A stretch of DNA of 64,000 bases. Origin: a virus. The position numbers and the translations under genes were made by a program. The stretch lies in the IMG/VR virus record IMGVR_UViG_3300045988_108148. One strand, 5' to 3'. This document shows positions 17,589-24,920 of this stretch, in pieces; the stretch's first letter is position 1, and each line of letters opens with the position of its first letter. The notes beneath the pieces were generated by a model, which was given only the letters and a program-made list of their open reading frames with translations, was not told the DNA's origin and ran no database searches.

Positions 17589-18188
17589 TTACAACTCATC
17601 GTCATCAACTATCTCGCCCTCTAACAATGGATTAGGCTTCTTTTCCTCAGCTGCCTTAGCTGCTTCTTTAGCTGCCTTAGCCTTCTCTTTCTGTATCTTG
17701 TAGTCCTCCATAGTAATAATACGTTTGGAGTTGGTGAACAAGTTCTCACCACGCTTGATGAGACTTGCATCAGACTTGATACATTCACCTTCGTCAGTAC
17801 ACAGTGTATAGATGAAGACAGAGTTATAGATGGAAGCTACTTTTACTTGCTTACCGTCTCTTTCCTTAGTCTCAGTGATGATTTTACCATCATTGTCCTT
17901 ACGAACAAAGTCAGGAAAACCTGCTACTTCAACACGACAGATGGGAAAAACTTCACCAATAGTTTCCTCTATTGCCTTGAAGTACTCATCTTCATGTTCC
18001 TTAGTACTACCATATGCAGCCATTAACTGCATCACAACAGGTCTAGTTTGCTCTTGCAGCACCTTTCTTAGACCTGCTTGTCTGAACTCGCACACTGCAT
18101 AGCGTGCTTTGCCGTCTTTAGAGGTCTTTACCTCTACTTTCGTAAGTTCGTAGTTCTTTACGTCTTTATCCTTGATAGACAAATCCAT
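17589..18188 (-). CDS. hypothetical protein, possible ssDNA-binding protein
   Basis: ORF track, 199 aa. It is the first gene of the leftward arm. The C-terminus is a Lys/Ala-rich linker ending in the acidic tail EGEIVDDDEL, as in phage SSBs. The function is inferred from that feature only. Confidence 0.4.
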   Translation of the reverse strand: MDLSIKDKDVKNYELTKVEVKTSKDGKARYAVCEFRQAGLRKVLQEQTRPVVMQLMAAYGSTKEHEDEYFKAIEETIGEVFPICRVEVAGFPDFVRKDNDGKIITETKERDGKQVKVASIYNSVFIYTLCTDEGECIKSDASLIKRGENLFTNSKRIITMEDYKIQKEKAKAAKEAAKAAEEKKPNPLLEGEIVDDDEL

Positions 18189-18396
18189 AGCATTTTACGG
18201 TTAACCTATACACCATAAGGTTCTATTGACACATTAACTCTTTGACGGGGGATTTCCCCTACTTGTTAGGAGAGGGGACTTGATATTGTACTGGTTCTCG
18301 CTTTCAATTATACCCACAAAAATATTTTTTATAAAAAATTTTTACAACACTTATTATTCATTTTCGTTCTCTAATTAGAATTTAAATAACAGCAAT

Positions 18397-18666
18397 ATGA
18401 TATTTGAACAAGAATTAAAAGATAAAGGATTTGAAATTAAAGATAATCAACTCTATTATGAATTTAGTGACTTTGAGCTATTAAGAGCTAGAGTAAGTGA
18501 ATGGGATTGCGCTGATGGTACTAAAGCTTTGAAAGTATCAGATCTTAGGTTAATGAATCCTATGGAGGAAGGTATGGCTCATATGATGATTTCATATTCA
18601 CTTTACTTTAGGGATATTAACAAATTTTATGAATTATTAACACTTTTAGGTTATAAGATACGTTAA
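18397..18666 (+). CDS. hypothetical protein
   Basis: ORF track, 89 aa. It is the first gene of the rightward arm. Confidence 0.65.
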   Translation: MIFEQELKDKGFEIKDNQLYYEFSDFELLRARVSEWDCADGTKALKVSDLRLMNPMEEGMAHMMISYSLYFRDINKFYELLTLLGYKIR

Positions 18667-18679
18667 AAATAGTTAAATT

Positions 18680-18871
18680 ATGTTAAAAGAATTAACAGTT
18701 AAAGAGGTAGAAGCTATCCTAAGTAAAGATAATAATGCGTATGGTATAGATAGTATTGGTGATCACGTGTATAAAATACCAGGTTTAGGGTATACAGGAC
18801 CTAAAGGAGCTACTAGATTTGTAAATGAATTAAGGCAACAGGTTAATGAATTGTCTACGAAACTCTCGTAG
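18680..18871 (+). CDS. hypothetical protein
   Basis: ORF track, 63 aa. Confidence 0.6.
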   Translation: MLKELTVKEVEAILSKDNNAYGIDSIGDHVYKIPGLGYTGPKGATRFVNELRQQVNELSTKLS

Positions 18872-18901
18872 ATATGTTAAATAATCATAAATAATGTTAA
18901 A

Positions 18902-19129
18902 ATGACACGTTGTGAATGGCTAGAAGAACATGGTTTTATTAATATAAAAGACCATTGGAATGGTAATTGGAACTATAGAACTTATCAGAAAATATATGAA
19001 AATGGTGATCTCATAGAAGTAGACATTGAAATAGATTCAGAAAATGATTTTATGGATGAGTACTTGGTAAATTGTGAGTTATTCTGTAAGAATAAAAATG
19101 GTACTCATGATAGCTTTACTCTAAAATAA
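18902..19129 (+). CDS. hypothetical protein
   Basis: ORF track, 75 aa. Confidence 0.6.
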   Translation: MTRCEWLEEHGFINIKDHWNGNWNYRTYQKIYENGDLIEVDIEIDSENDFMDEYLVNCELFCKNKNGTHDSFTLK

Positions 19130-19289
19130 AAATTTATTATTAAAGAAAATGGAACAAAATTAGATTATAATACGTTCCTACATCCAGAGTAGGATATAAT
19201 AGTAGTTTAAAATGCAATTAGTAGTAATATAAACCATTACTCTTACTCTAGATAACTGCAGTATATAATATATATTATCAAACTATATC

Positions 19290-19496
19290 ATGATGAATGA
19301 ACCAAAATACTTAGAAATGATTAGACAAGGAGTTGTTAACATAAATGGTGACGATTTTAAAATAATCAGAGCATATGATGGATGCAGAGGGTGTTATTTT
19401 AGACAATTTGAAAACTTTAGTGGATGTCTAAACAATGTTGCACAAGGTATTTGTTGTAGTGCTGGTGGTCATATTCTAAGAAAAATTTCAGAGTAA
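19290..19496 (+). CDS. small Cys-rich protein
   Basis: ORF track, 68 aa, with CRGCYF...GCLNNVAQGICCSAGGH. Confidence 0.6.
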   Translation: MMNEPKYLEMIRQGVVNINGDDFKIIRAYDGCRGCYFRQFENFSGCLNNVAQGICCSAGGHILRKISE

Positions 19497-19530
19497 TAGA
19501 ACAAAAATTAATTAAGTACGTTTAGCCAGT

Positions 19531-19923
19531 ATGGAAAATCAACAGGACATATTAAAAACCGTTATAGACGGTTTAGTGTATATCCCTACTAAGGATATGA
19601 TAGTTAAACCCTTAGAGGATGAATACGTAGAGAAAGAAATTATTAAGCCAGTAGAAACTGGTAAAAAGGACGAAAATGGTTATGATATCAATGACACTGA
19701 AACAGTTAAAGAAAAAGTGTTAACTACATTCAGAAAAGGTATTGTGTTACGTCTGCCATCTGGGTATCAATGGCAAGATGAAAACAATCATCCTGAAGTA
19801 GGTGATGTGGTAGCATATCCTAGGAAAGCATCAATTGATTTTGATTTGTTCAAAGATAGTCAATTAATAAATCCTTATAATGTAGTAGCCTTTGTTAAAG
19901 GAGAAAAATATTTTAAAGACTAA
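19531..19923 (+). CDS. hypothetical protein, possible GroES-like co-chaperonin
   Basis: ORF track, 130 aa. MIVKPLEDE...GIVLRLP...VGDVVAYP...VVAFVKGE loosely follows the Cpn10 pattern. The function is tentative. Confidence 0.65.
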   Translation: MENQQDILKTVIDGLVYIPTKDMIVKPLEDEYVEKEIIKPVETGKKDENGYDINDTETVKEKVLTTFRKGIVLRLPSGYQWQDENNHPEVGDVVAYPRKASIDFDLFKDSQLINPYNVVAFVKGEKYFKD

Positions 19924-19962
19924 GCGTAGTCTTAATTAATCGTGGTTGTAGTTGGATGTACT

Positions 19963-19992
19963 AGGGGTTAGCATAAAGTTAACCCCTTTTTT
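19963..19992 (+). terminator. intrinsic terminator
   Basis: GGGGTTA-GCATAAAGT-TAACCCC followed by TTTTTT, about 40 nt after the stop of 19531..19923. Confidence 0.8.
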
Positions 19993-20039
19993 ATTGTATA
20001 AAATTTGCAACTTTTTTTGAATATTTGCGTTATGTGAAT

Positions 20040-20336
20040 ATGATTAAACAAATGATAAATAACATGTTGGGTGAGTACTCAAAGTTCATTCAAATACAAG
20101 ATGATGGTACAGTTAAGGTATTTGTTCCAGAAGACGTTAATAATCCTTCTATGAAAAATGCTACAGAATTAACATTATCTAAGAATGAAGCAATTAGTCT
20201 AATGGGTTTAGTAACCCAACCCAAACAATACGAAGTATGTGATTCTTCAAACAATTGCAGAATCATATCTGAGAAAGATCCTGATTTTGACGTAAACAAG
20301 TGGATTAAATTAGCACTTGGAACTATTAAAAAATAA
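20040..20336 (+). CDS. hypothetical protein
   Basis: ORF track frame 20025..20336, trimmed to the first ATG (MIKQMINN...). Confidence 0.65.
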   Translation: MIKQMINNMLGEYSKFIQIQDDGTVKVFVPEDVNNPSMKNATELTLSKNEAISLMGLVTQPKQYEVCDSSNNCRIISEKDPDFDVNKWIKLALGTIKK

Positions 20337-20341
20337 ATACT

Positions 20342-20536
20342 ATGTCAGATTACCGAGTTACTATTACAACAGTCAGGGAAAAATGCCCATTTGATGCTAA
20401 ACGGAAAAGCAAAGAATACTGCAAAGTGTGTAAAGCTTGGAAAGATCCTTGCTCAGGATTAGGTATAGAAACTACTATTTCTTCAAGAAAGATTGGAGAA
20501 GATAAAATGAAACAAATTTTAAATATTATTAAATAA
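20342..20536 (+). CDS. small zinc-ribbon-like protein
   Basis: ORF track, 64 aa, with CPFD...CKVCKAWKDPC. Confidence 0.6.
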   Translation: MSDYRVTITTVREKCPFDAKRKSKEYCKVCKAWKDPCSGLGIETTISSRKIGEDKMKQILNIIK

Positions 20537-20537
20537 T

Positions 20538-20948
20538 ATGATTACAGAATACAAAGTTATTAAACCTTTTGGTGTATTGAAATCAGGTGATATCCTTACT
20601 TTGGAGGATGGTATGTATACATTCTCTGATGAGAAATCTTCTGACTCAGAAAATTATTATTCTCAAGTAAATGTAGCTGTATCTAGTAATATAATTGAAG
20701 AGTATGCTAAAAGTGGTTTAGTTGAACCAATTGAAAATGCTACTGTTGAATCTAAGGATGAGAGTAAAATCAAACAGATTCGTACTATTATTGCTCAATT
20801 GAAAAATACTTACAATCAACGTAAGAACAATATTGAAAAGAAGTATCAAGAAGGTAAAATTCAAACTTGTGTAAAGGTAGAACACGATACTGTATACTTC
20901 AATATGATGAAATTGTTAAACAAACTCGAAACAATCATAAATGAATAA
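20538..20948 (+). CDS. hypothetical protein
   Basis: ORF track, 136 aa. Confidence 0.7.
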   Translation: MITEYKVIKPFGVLKSGDILTLEDGMYTFSDEKSSDSENYYSQVNVAVSSNIIEEYAKSGLVEPIENATVESKDESKIKQIRTIIAQLKNTYNQRKNNIEKKYQEGKIQTCVKVEHDTVYFNMMKLLNKLETIINE

Positions 20949-21306
20949 ACTTGTAAAATCCGTATCAAATGAAGAATTGATACCAGAGTTTTTACAAGCG
21001 CTTAATGGAATACTTAGGTTAACTGATAGAGAACTTGAATTGATGGCTACACTTATCAAAATGGATATGGAATACGTTAAGGAACCTAATACAAATAAGA
21101 ATGTAGCAAACAGATATAATAGAAAATATATCATTGAGAATTTAGGTATTACTAAGGATAACCTAAGTAGATACATTAAGTCTTTCAAAGAGAAGGGTAT
21201 TTTGATAGCTGGACCTGCTGAAGACGAACTTAGCGTAAATAAGGCTCTGATACCAGTTGTTATTGGAGATCGTTTGCAACTAACGATAATACTGAGAATA
21301 AAATGA
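20941..21306 (+). CDS. putative helix-turn-helix DNA-binding protein
   Basis: ORF track, 121 aa. LTDRELELMATLIKMD...NLGITKDNLSRYIKSFKEKGILI resembles a winged-helix regulator. Confidence 0.6.
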   Translation: MNKLVKSVSNEELIPEFLQALNGILRLTDRELELMATLIKMDMEYVKEPNTNKNVANRYNRKYIIENLGITKDNLSRYIKSFKEKGILIAGPAEDELSVNKALIPVVIGDRLQLTIILRIK

Positions 21307-21707
21307 AATGTTTAGATATAAAATCAGGTTCCATTCTTATCTATAAAAAATATGGTTTACTAAAATGTTGGTGGAATAAATTAATGAGAAAAGAGTTACC
21401 ATTTAATGAGTATACTCTTTACTTTGGAGATTCTTCCATGTTTGTAGAAACCACGAATATCAAAGTAAAAGAAAAAGATAGATATATAATTTTAGAACCT
21501 ATCAAACCATATAGTAAAAAGGAAGAAAAAGCTCTTAAGTTAGAAGTAGTAGAACACGTTATGATGAACAACGATACAAAGGATTTGTTTAGTGTGATAA
21601 ATATAATTAGACCTTCTACAATAGACGTAGAATCATTTACAATCGATGGTTTGCTTAAAAATAAATACTATAGAATAGTATATGATTCAAAAGGAAAAAA
21701 CTTCTAA
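21303..21707 (+). CDS. hypothetical protein
   Basis: ORF track, 134 aa. Confidence 0.7.
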   Translation: MKCLDIKSGSILIYKKYGLLKCWWNKLMRKELPFNEYTLYFGDSSMFVETTNIKVKEKDRYIILEPIKPYSKKEEKALKLEVVEHVMMNNDTKDLFSVINIIRPSTIDVESFTIDGLLKNKYYRIVYDSKGKNF

Positions 21708-21906
21708 TATCTATATACAATTAGCAAATAAATATAATATTCCACATCAAGTAGTAGAAGTAATTTGTAATCACCCGTTTAAATTTGCAAATAGAGTTAT
21801 TTCAAATGATGAAGATACTAAAACAATAATGTTTGGGTATTTATTCAAAATCAAACCAAAAAGAAAGTATGAAAAAACCAGAGAGAATGAAAAACAAAAC
21901 AACTAA
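21682..21906 (+). CDS. hypothetical protein
   Basis: ORF track, 74 aa. Overlaps both neighbours in other frames. Confidence 0.5.
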   Translation: MIQKEKTSNIYIQLANKYNIPHQVVEVICNHPFKFANRVISNDEDTKTIMFGYLFKIKPKRKYEKTRENEKQNN

Positions 21907-22339
21907 AGCTTTTTTATATCAAAATCTATATCCTGTAAATCTTTATGTTACTACTCTGGATGATTGGGAAGATGCTTGTGATTTTTTTGATTTCTTTCTT
22001 ACTACCAAAGAACTTAGAAATGATGAACCAGAAAGAGATCGTCCCAAACTAAGTAGTGTAATGGGAGCTACGTTCTTGGTCAGAGAGAAATATTCTAGAG
22101 CTGTTGGTATATTAATAGTACTAGATGATTTCCATTGTTCTACTTTAGCTCATGAATCAATCCATTATGCAGATGCTGTATATGATTATTTATCAATGAA
22201 TGCAGAAGGATATAATGAAGGAAATGAACAATATGCTTATTTAGTTACTTGGTGTGTGGAACAACTTGAAGATTTTATAGAATGCAAAAGGAAGGAAAAA
22301 AGAATGATAAGAAAGATGACAAAACAAGATGGGAATTAA
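21833..22339 (+). CDS. hypothetical protein with an HExxH motif (possible zinc metallopeptidase)
   Basis: ORF track, 168 aa, with LAHESIHYADAVYDY. The true start is probably an internal ATG (MKKPERMKNK at 21869, or 21887). Confidence 0.6.
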   Translation: MGIYSKSNQKESMKKPERMKNKTTKAFLYQNLYPVNLYVTTLDDWEDACDFFDFFLTTKELRNDEPERDRPKLSSVMGATFLVREKYSRAVGILIVLDDFHCSTLAHESIHYADAVYDYLSMNAEGYNEGNEQYAYLVTWCVEQLEDFIECKRKEKRMIRKMTKQDGN

Positions 22340-23040
22340 TGCCTCTTGATTGTCTTGAAGATATTGCCAGAGTATATACAGAAGGAGCTAAGAAGTATGG
22401 AGAAAATACATGGCAGAATTTAGAGAACGGTTATCAAAGATACAAAGCGGCTTTGTTGCGTCATCTGTGGGAATTCGAAAAAGGAAATGAAATAGATCCA
22501 GAAACAGGTTGCCACCATCTTGCGCAAGTATGTTGGAATAGCATTGCTCTTCTATATCTTTCTAAGCACTCTATGAAGGATATGACCGTAGAAATATGGA
22601 GAACCGCATACAATTTTCCAGATTATGAAGTATCTAATTTTGGTAAAGTACGATCAAAAGATAGAATAATAGAACATTCTAACGGACGTCTACATAAAAC
22701 GATTGGAAAAATTCTAGTTCAACGGCTAGATCACAACGGATATCTAACTGTATCATTACAAAAGAATAAAAGGAATTACAAAGTAAAAGTACATAGATTA
22801 GTATTATCAACATTTTCAGAATGTATTGGAGAACAGGTAAACCATATAGATGAAGATAAAACTAATAACAAATTATTGAATCTAGAATGGTGTACTGCTA
22901 AATACAATGCTAATTATGGTACTAGGAATGCAAGAATTCAAAAAAGGAATGAACACAGAAGAAAAACTGGACAAGATACTACTGAATCAACAAGTGATAC
23001 TACTGTATCTGAGGCAGATCTTACAAGACACAAATCGTAG
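22282..23040 (+). CDS. fusion of a dATP/dGTP-pyrophosphohydrolase-N-like domain and a NUMOD4/HNH_3 homing endonuclease
   Basis: 252 aa. The N-terminal half reads WELMPLDCLEDIARVYTEGAKKYGENTWQNL...RYKAALLRHLWEFEKGNEIDPETGCHHLAQVCWNSIALLYL. The C-terminal half reads NFPDYEVSNFGKVRS...GYLTVSL...VHRLVLSTF...VNHIDEDKTNNKLLNLEWCT. Confidence 0.75.
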   Translation: MQKEGKKNDKKDDKTRWELMPLDCLEDIARVYTEGAKKYGENTWQNLENGYQRYKAALLRHLWEFEKGNEIDPETGCHHLAQVCWNSIALLYLSKHSMKDMTVEIWRTAYNFPDYEVSNFGKVRSKDRIIEHSNGRLHKTIGKILVQRLDHNGYLTVSLQKNKRNYKVKVHRLVLSTFSECIGEQVNHIDEDKTNNKLLNLEWCTAKYNANYGTRNARIQKRNEHRRKTGQDTTESTSDTTVSEADLTRHKS

Positions 23041-23122
23041 TCAATTCCTTGAAGATTATGCTGCAAATTTAGCAGCACAAGCAACAGAAATAATATTAGG
23101 ACACAATATAGTAAGAAAATAA
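22949..23122 (+). CDS. possible small ORF overlapping the low-complexity tail of the HNH fusion
   Basis: ORF track frame 22907..23122, trimmed to MNTEEKLDKILLNQQ... It is unclear which of the two overlapping frames is translated. Confidence 0.3.
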   Translation: MNTEEKLDKILLNQQVILLYLRQILQDTNRSQFLEDYAANLAAQATEIILGHNIVRK

Positions 23123-23123
23123 T

Positions 23124-23630
23124 ATGGAATTAAAATTTAAGAAATTACAAGAAGATGCAGTATTACCTAGTTATGCTAACCCTAATGATGCTGGTTTAGA
23201 TTTAACAGCAATTTCCTTTACTCAGGAATTTGATAAGAGTGGTAAGTTAGTATTGGTATATCATACAGGTTTGTCAGTAGAGATTCCTGAAGGTCATGTG
23301 GGTTTGATCTTTATGAGATCGTCTATTTCTCAGAGATCTATGTCAATGTGTAATGCAGTAGGTGTTATAGATTGCGATTATAAAGGTGAGATTCTTGTTA
23401 AATTCAAGATTACTACAGATGCTCTTCCTACAATCTATCAACCAGGTGAAAAGATTGCTCAGTTAGTAGTAATGCCTTATCCGAAGATGGAGCCTGTAAT
23501 TGTAGAGGAATTAGCAGGCGAAGATCGTGGTGGTGGATTTGGTTCAACTGATAATAAAGAAGAAAATGAGAATGCAGAACAGGGACGAGAAAGCGGAGCA
23601 ACTGAAGGAGATAATCAATCAGTACAGTAA
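23124..23630 (+). CDS. dut: dUTP diphosphatase (dUTPase)
   Basis: 168 aa with dUTPase motifs AGLDL, RSSIS, GVIDCDYKGEI and RGGGFGSTD, plus an acidic C-terminal extension. Confidence 0.9.
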   Translation: MELKFKKLQEDAVLPSYANPNDAGLDLTAISFTQEFDKSGKLVLVYHTGLSVEIPEGHVGLIFMRSSISQRSMSMCNAVGVIDCDYKGEILVKFKITTDALPTIYQPGEKIAQLVVMPYPKMEPVIVEELAGEDRGGGFGSTDNKEENENAEQGRESGATEGDNQSVQ

Positions 23631-23730
23631 AAATCCAGAGTATGTTAATGCATTTTATACTAAACAAGAAGCAGTAGATGCATTGAATAGACATTATAAA
23701 AACAGATACATTAAAATAAATTTAGATTAA
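23566..23730 (+). CDS. possible small protein overlapping the dUTPase tail
   Basis: ORF track frame 23527..23730, trimmed to MRMQNRDEKAEQLKEIINQYSK... It overlaps only the non-conserved tail of dut. Confidence 0.4.
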   Translation: MRMQNRDEKAEQLKEIINQYSKNPEYVNAFYTKQEAVDALNRHYKNRYIKINLD

Positions 23731-23731
23731 T

Positions 23732-24094
23732 ATGAATACGTATATTTATACAGGTGGCAGCTCATTGTTAACAATGAAGGATAACGATATTAAGAATTTT
23801 GATACTATTAGTAATCATTACTTAAATATTGATTGGGCTTGGGTAATTGAGGAAGATGGTACATTTGTAGCTAATGAAAAAGAATATGATGTAAAAGCTG
23901 GTGATGTAATCTTGGTTCTCTATGCTGGTTATAGAGAAAAAGAAGTACCAGTTGAAGATAGAAGAAAAGTTAGAGATTTTGTTATTATAAGAAATGAAGA
24001 TTTTTATAATAATTATAAATTGAATAAAGAATACGACCAAAATCGTAATATGAAGGGTTGCGATTGTTGCGAAGCTTGTGTTAAGGAAGCCTAA
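23732..24094 (+). CDS. hypothetical protein
   Basis: ORF track, 120 aa. Confidence 0.7.
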   Translation: MNTYIYTGGSSLLTMKDNDIKNFDTISNHYLNIDWAWVIEEDGTFVANEKEYDVKAGDVILVLYAGYREKEVPVEDRRKVRDFVIIRNEDFYNNYKLNKEYDQNRNMKGCDCCEACVKEA

Positions 24095-24096
24095 AA

Positions 24097-24633
24097 ATGA
24101 ATTTAGCAGATATAGTTGGTGGACAAGTAGTCATACATCCAGATATGTTGGCTATCCCACCATTCAAAAAACTTTGGGATTCATTCAAAGATAAAGATTT
24201 AGCAACGAAATATTTATGGTACATAGTACTTAAAAACAAATACGATTCTCCTTATGTAGAAACTATGGAGAGAGATCTAATAGAACCTACATTAAAGAAA
24301 GAACTATTTGGAGATGAAAACTACAAATTACCAGAAATAGTAATACAAGCAGAAGATAGTTGGAAAAGTAGAACATATTCCTTACTTGAGTATATGTTAG
24401 ATGGATTACTATTGAAACTTGAAGGTGCTGCTAAATACTATCACTTATCTAAAGATGATGAAATGGATTTAGATTCTATTAAGAAGCTTACGGATGGTGC
24501 TAAGAATATGGCTGGAGTAATAGAATCAATTGTGAAACTTAAATCTCAAGTAAGAGCAGAAGAGATTAAGAATAGCAAAGTTAGAGGCGGTGGAGAAATG
24601 AACCCATTTGAATTACCAAAAAAGAAGTTGTAG
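24097..24633 (+). CDS. hypothetical protein (small-terminase candidate by position only)
   Basis: ORF track, 178 aa. Lies just upstream of the large terminase. Confidence 0.65.
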   Translation: MNLADIVGGQVVIHPDMLAIPPFKKLWDSFKDKDLATKYLWYIVLKNKYDSPYVETMERDLIEPTLKKELFGDENYKLPEIVIQAEDSWKSRTYSLLEYMLDGLLLKLEGAAKYYHLSKDDEMDLDSIKKLTDGAKNMAGVIESIVKLKSQVRAEEIKNSKVRGGGEMNPFELPKKKL

Positions 24634-24698
24634 AAAATACGACACAATAAAAGACATTATAAAAACCTGCCCGTTAAGGGCTTAAAGAAATTGCAATT

Positions 24699-24917
24699 AT
24701 GGCTAAGACTAAAACTAGTAAAAAGAATACTAAACCGACAATGATTATTTTTGATTTTACTGAAGTATATAACAACATGAAAGCAGAGCAAGAAAGAGAT
24801 TTGGCTGAAGCTGCTGCTTATGCTATATCACACATGGATGAAAAAACAGAAAATAATCACACTACTAAAACTAGTTTATGGCAGAAAATTAAGAACCTGT
24901 TTAAACGAAGAAAGTAA
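24699..24917 (+). CDS. small basic protein
   Basis: ORF track, 72 aa. Confidence 0.6.
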   Translation: MAKTKTSKKNTKPTMIIFDFTEVYNNMKAEQERDLAEAAAYAISHMDEKTENNHTTKTSLWQKIKNLFKRRK

Positions 24918-24920
24918 TTT

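Noticed and set aside
248-18102. Plus-strand track ORFs in the minus-strand arm. Examples: 248..457, 4091..4276, 4487..4714, 4597..4788, 5407..5655, 6444..6647, 6753..6965, 6859..7083, 9071..9253, 11818..12042, 12052..12429, 13494..13694, 13815..14075, 14593..14817, 17447..17635, 17830..18102.
   Set aside because: They are shadows of minus-strand genes, or they run across tRNA-like elements and terminators. Their composition is hydrophobic or low-complexity, and they use non-ATG starts.
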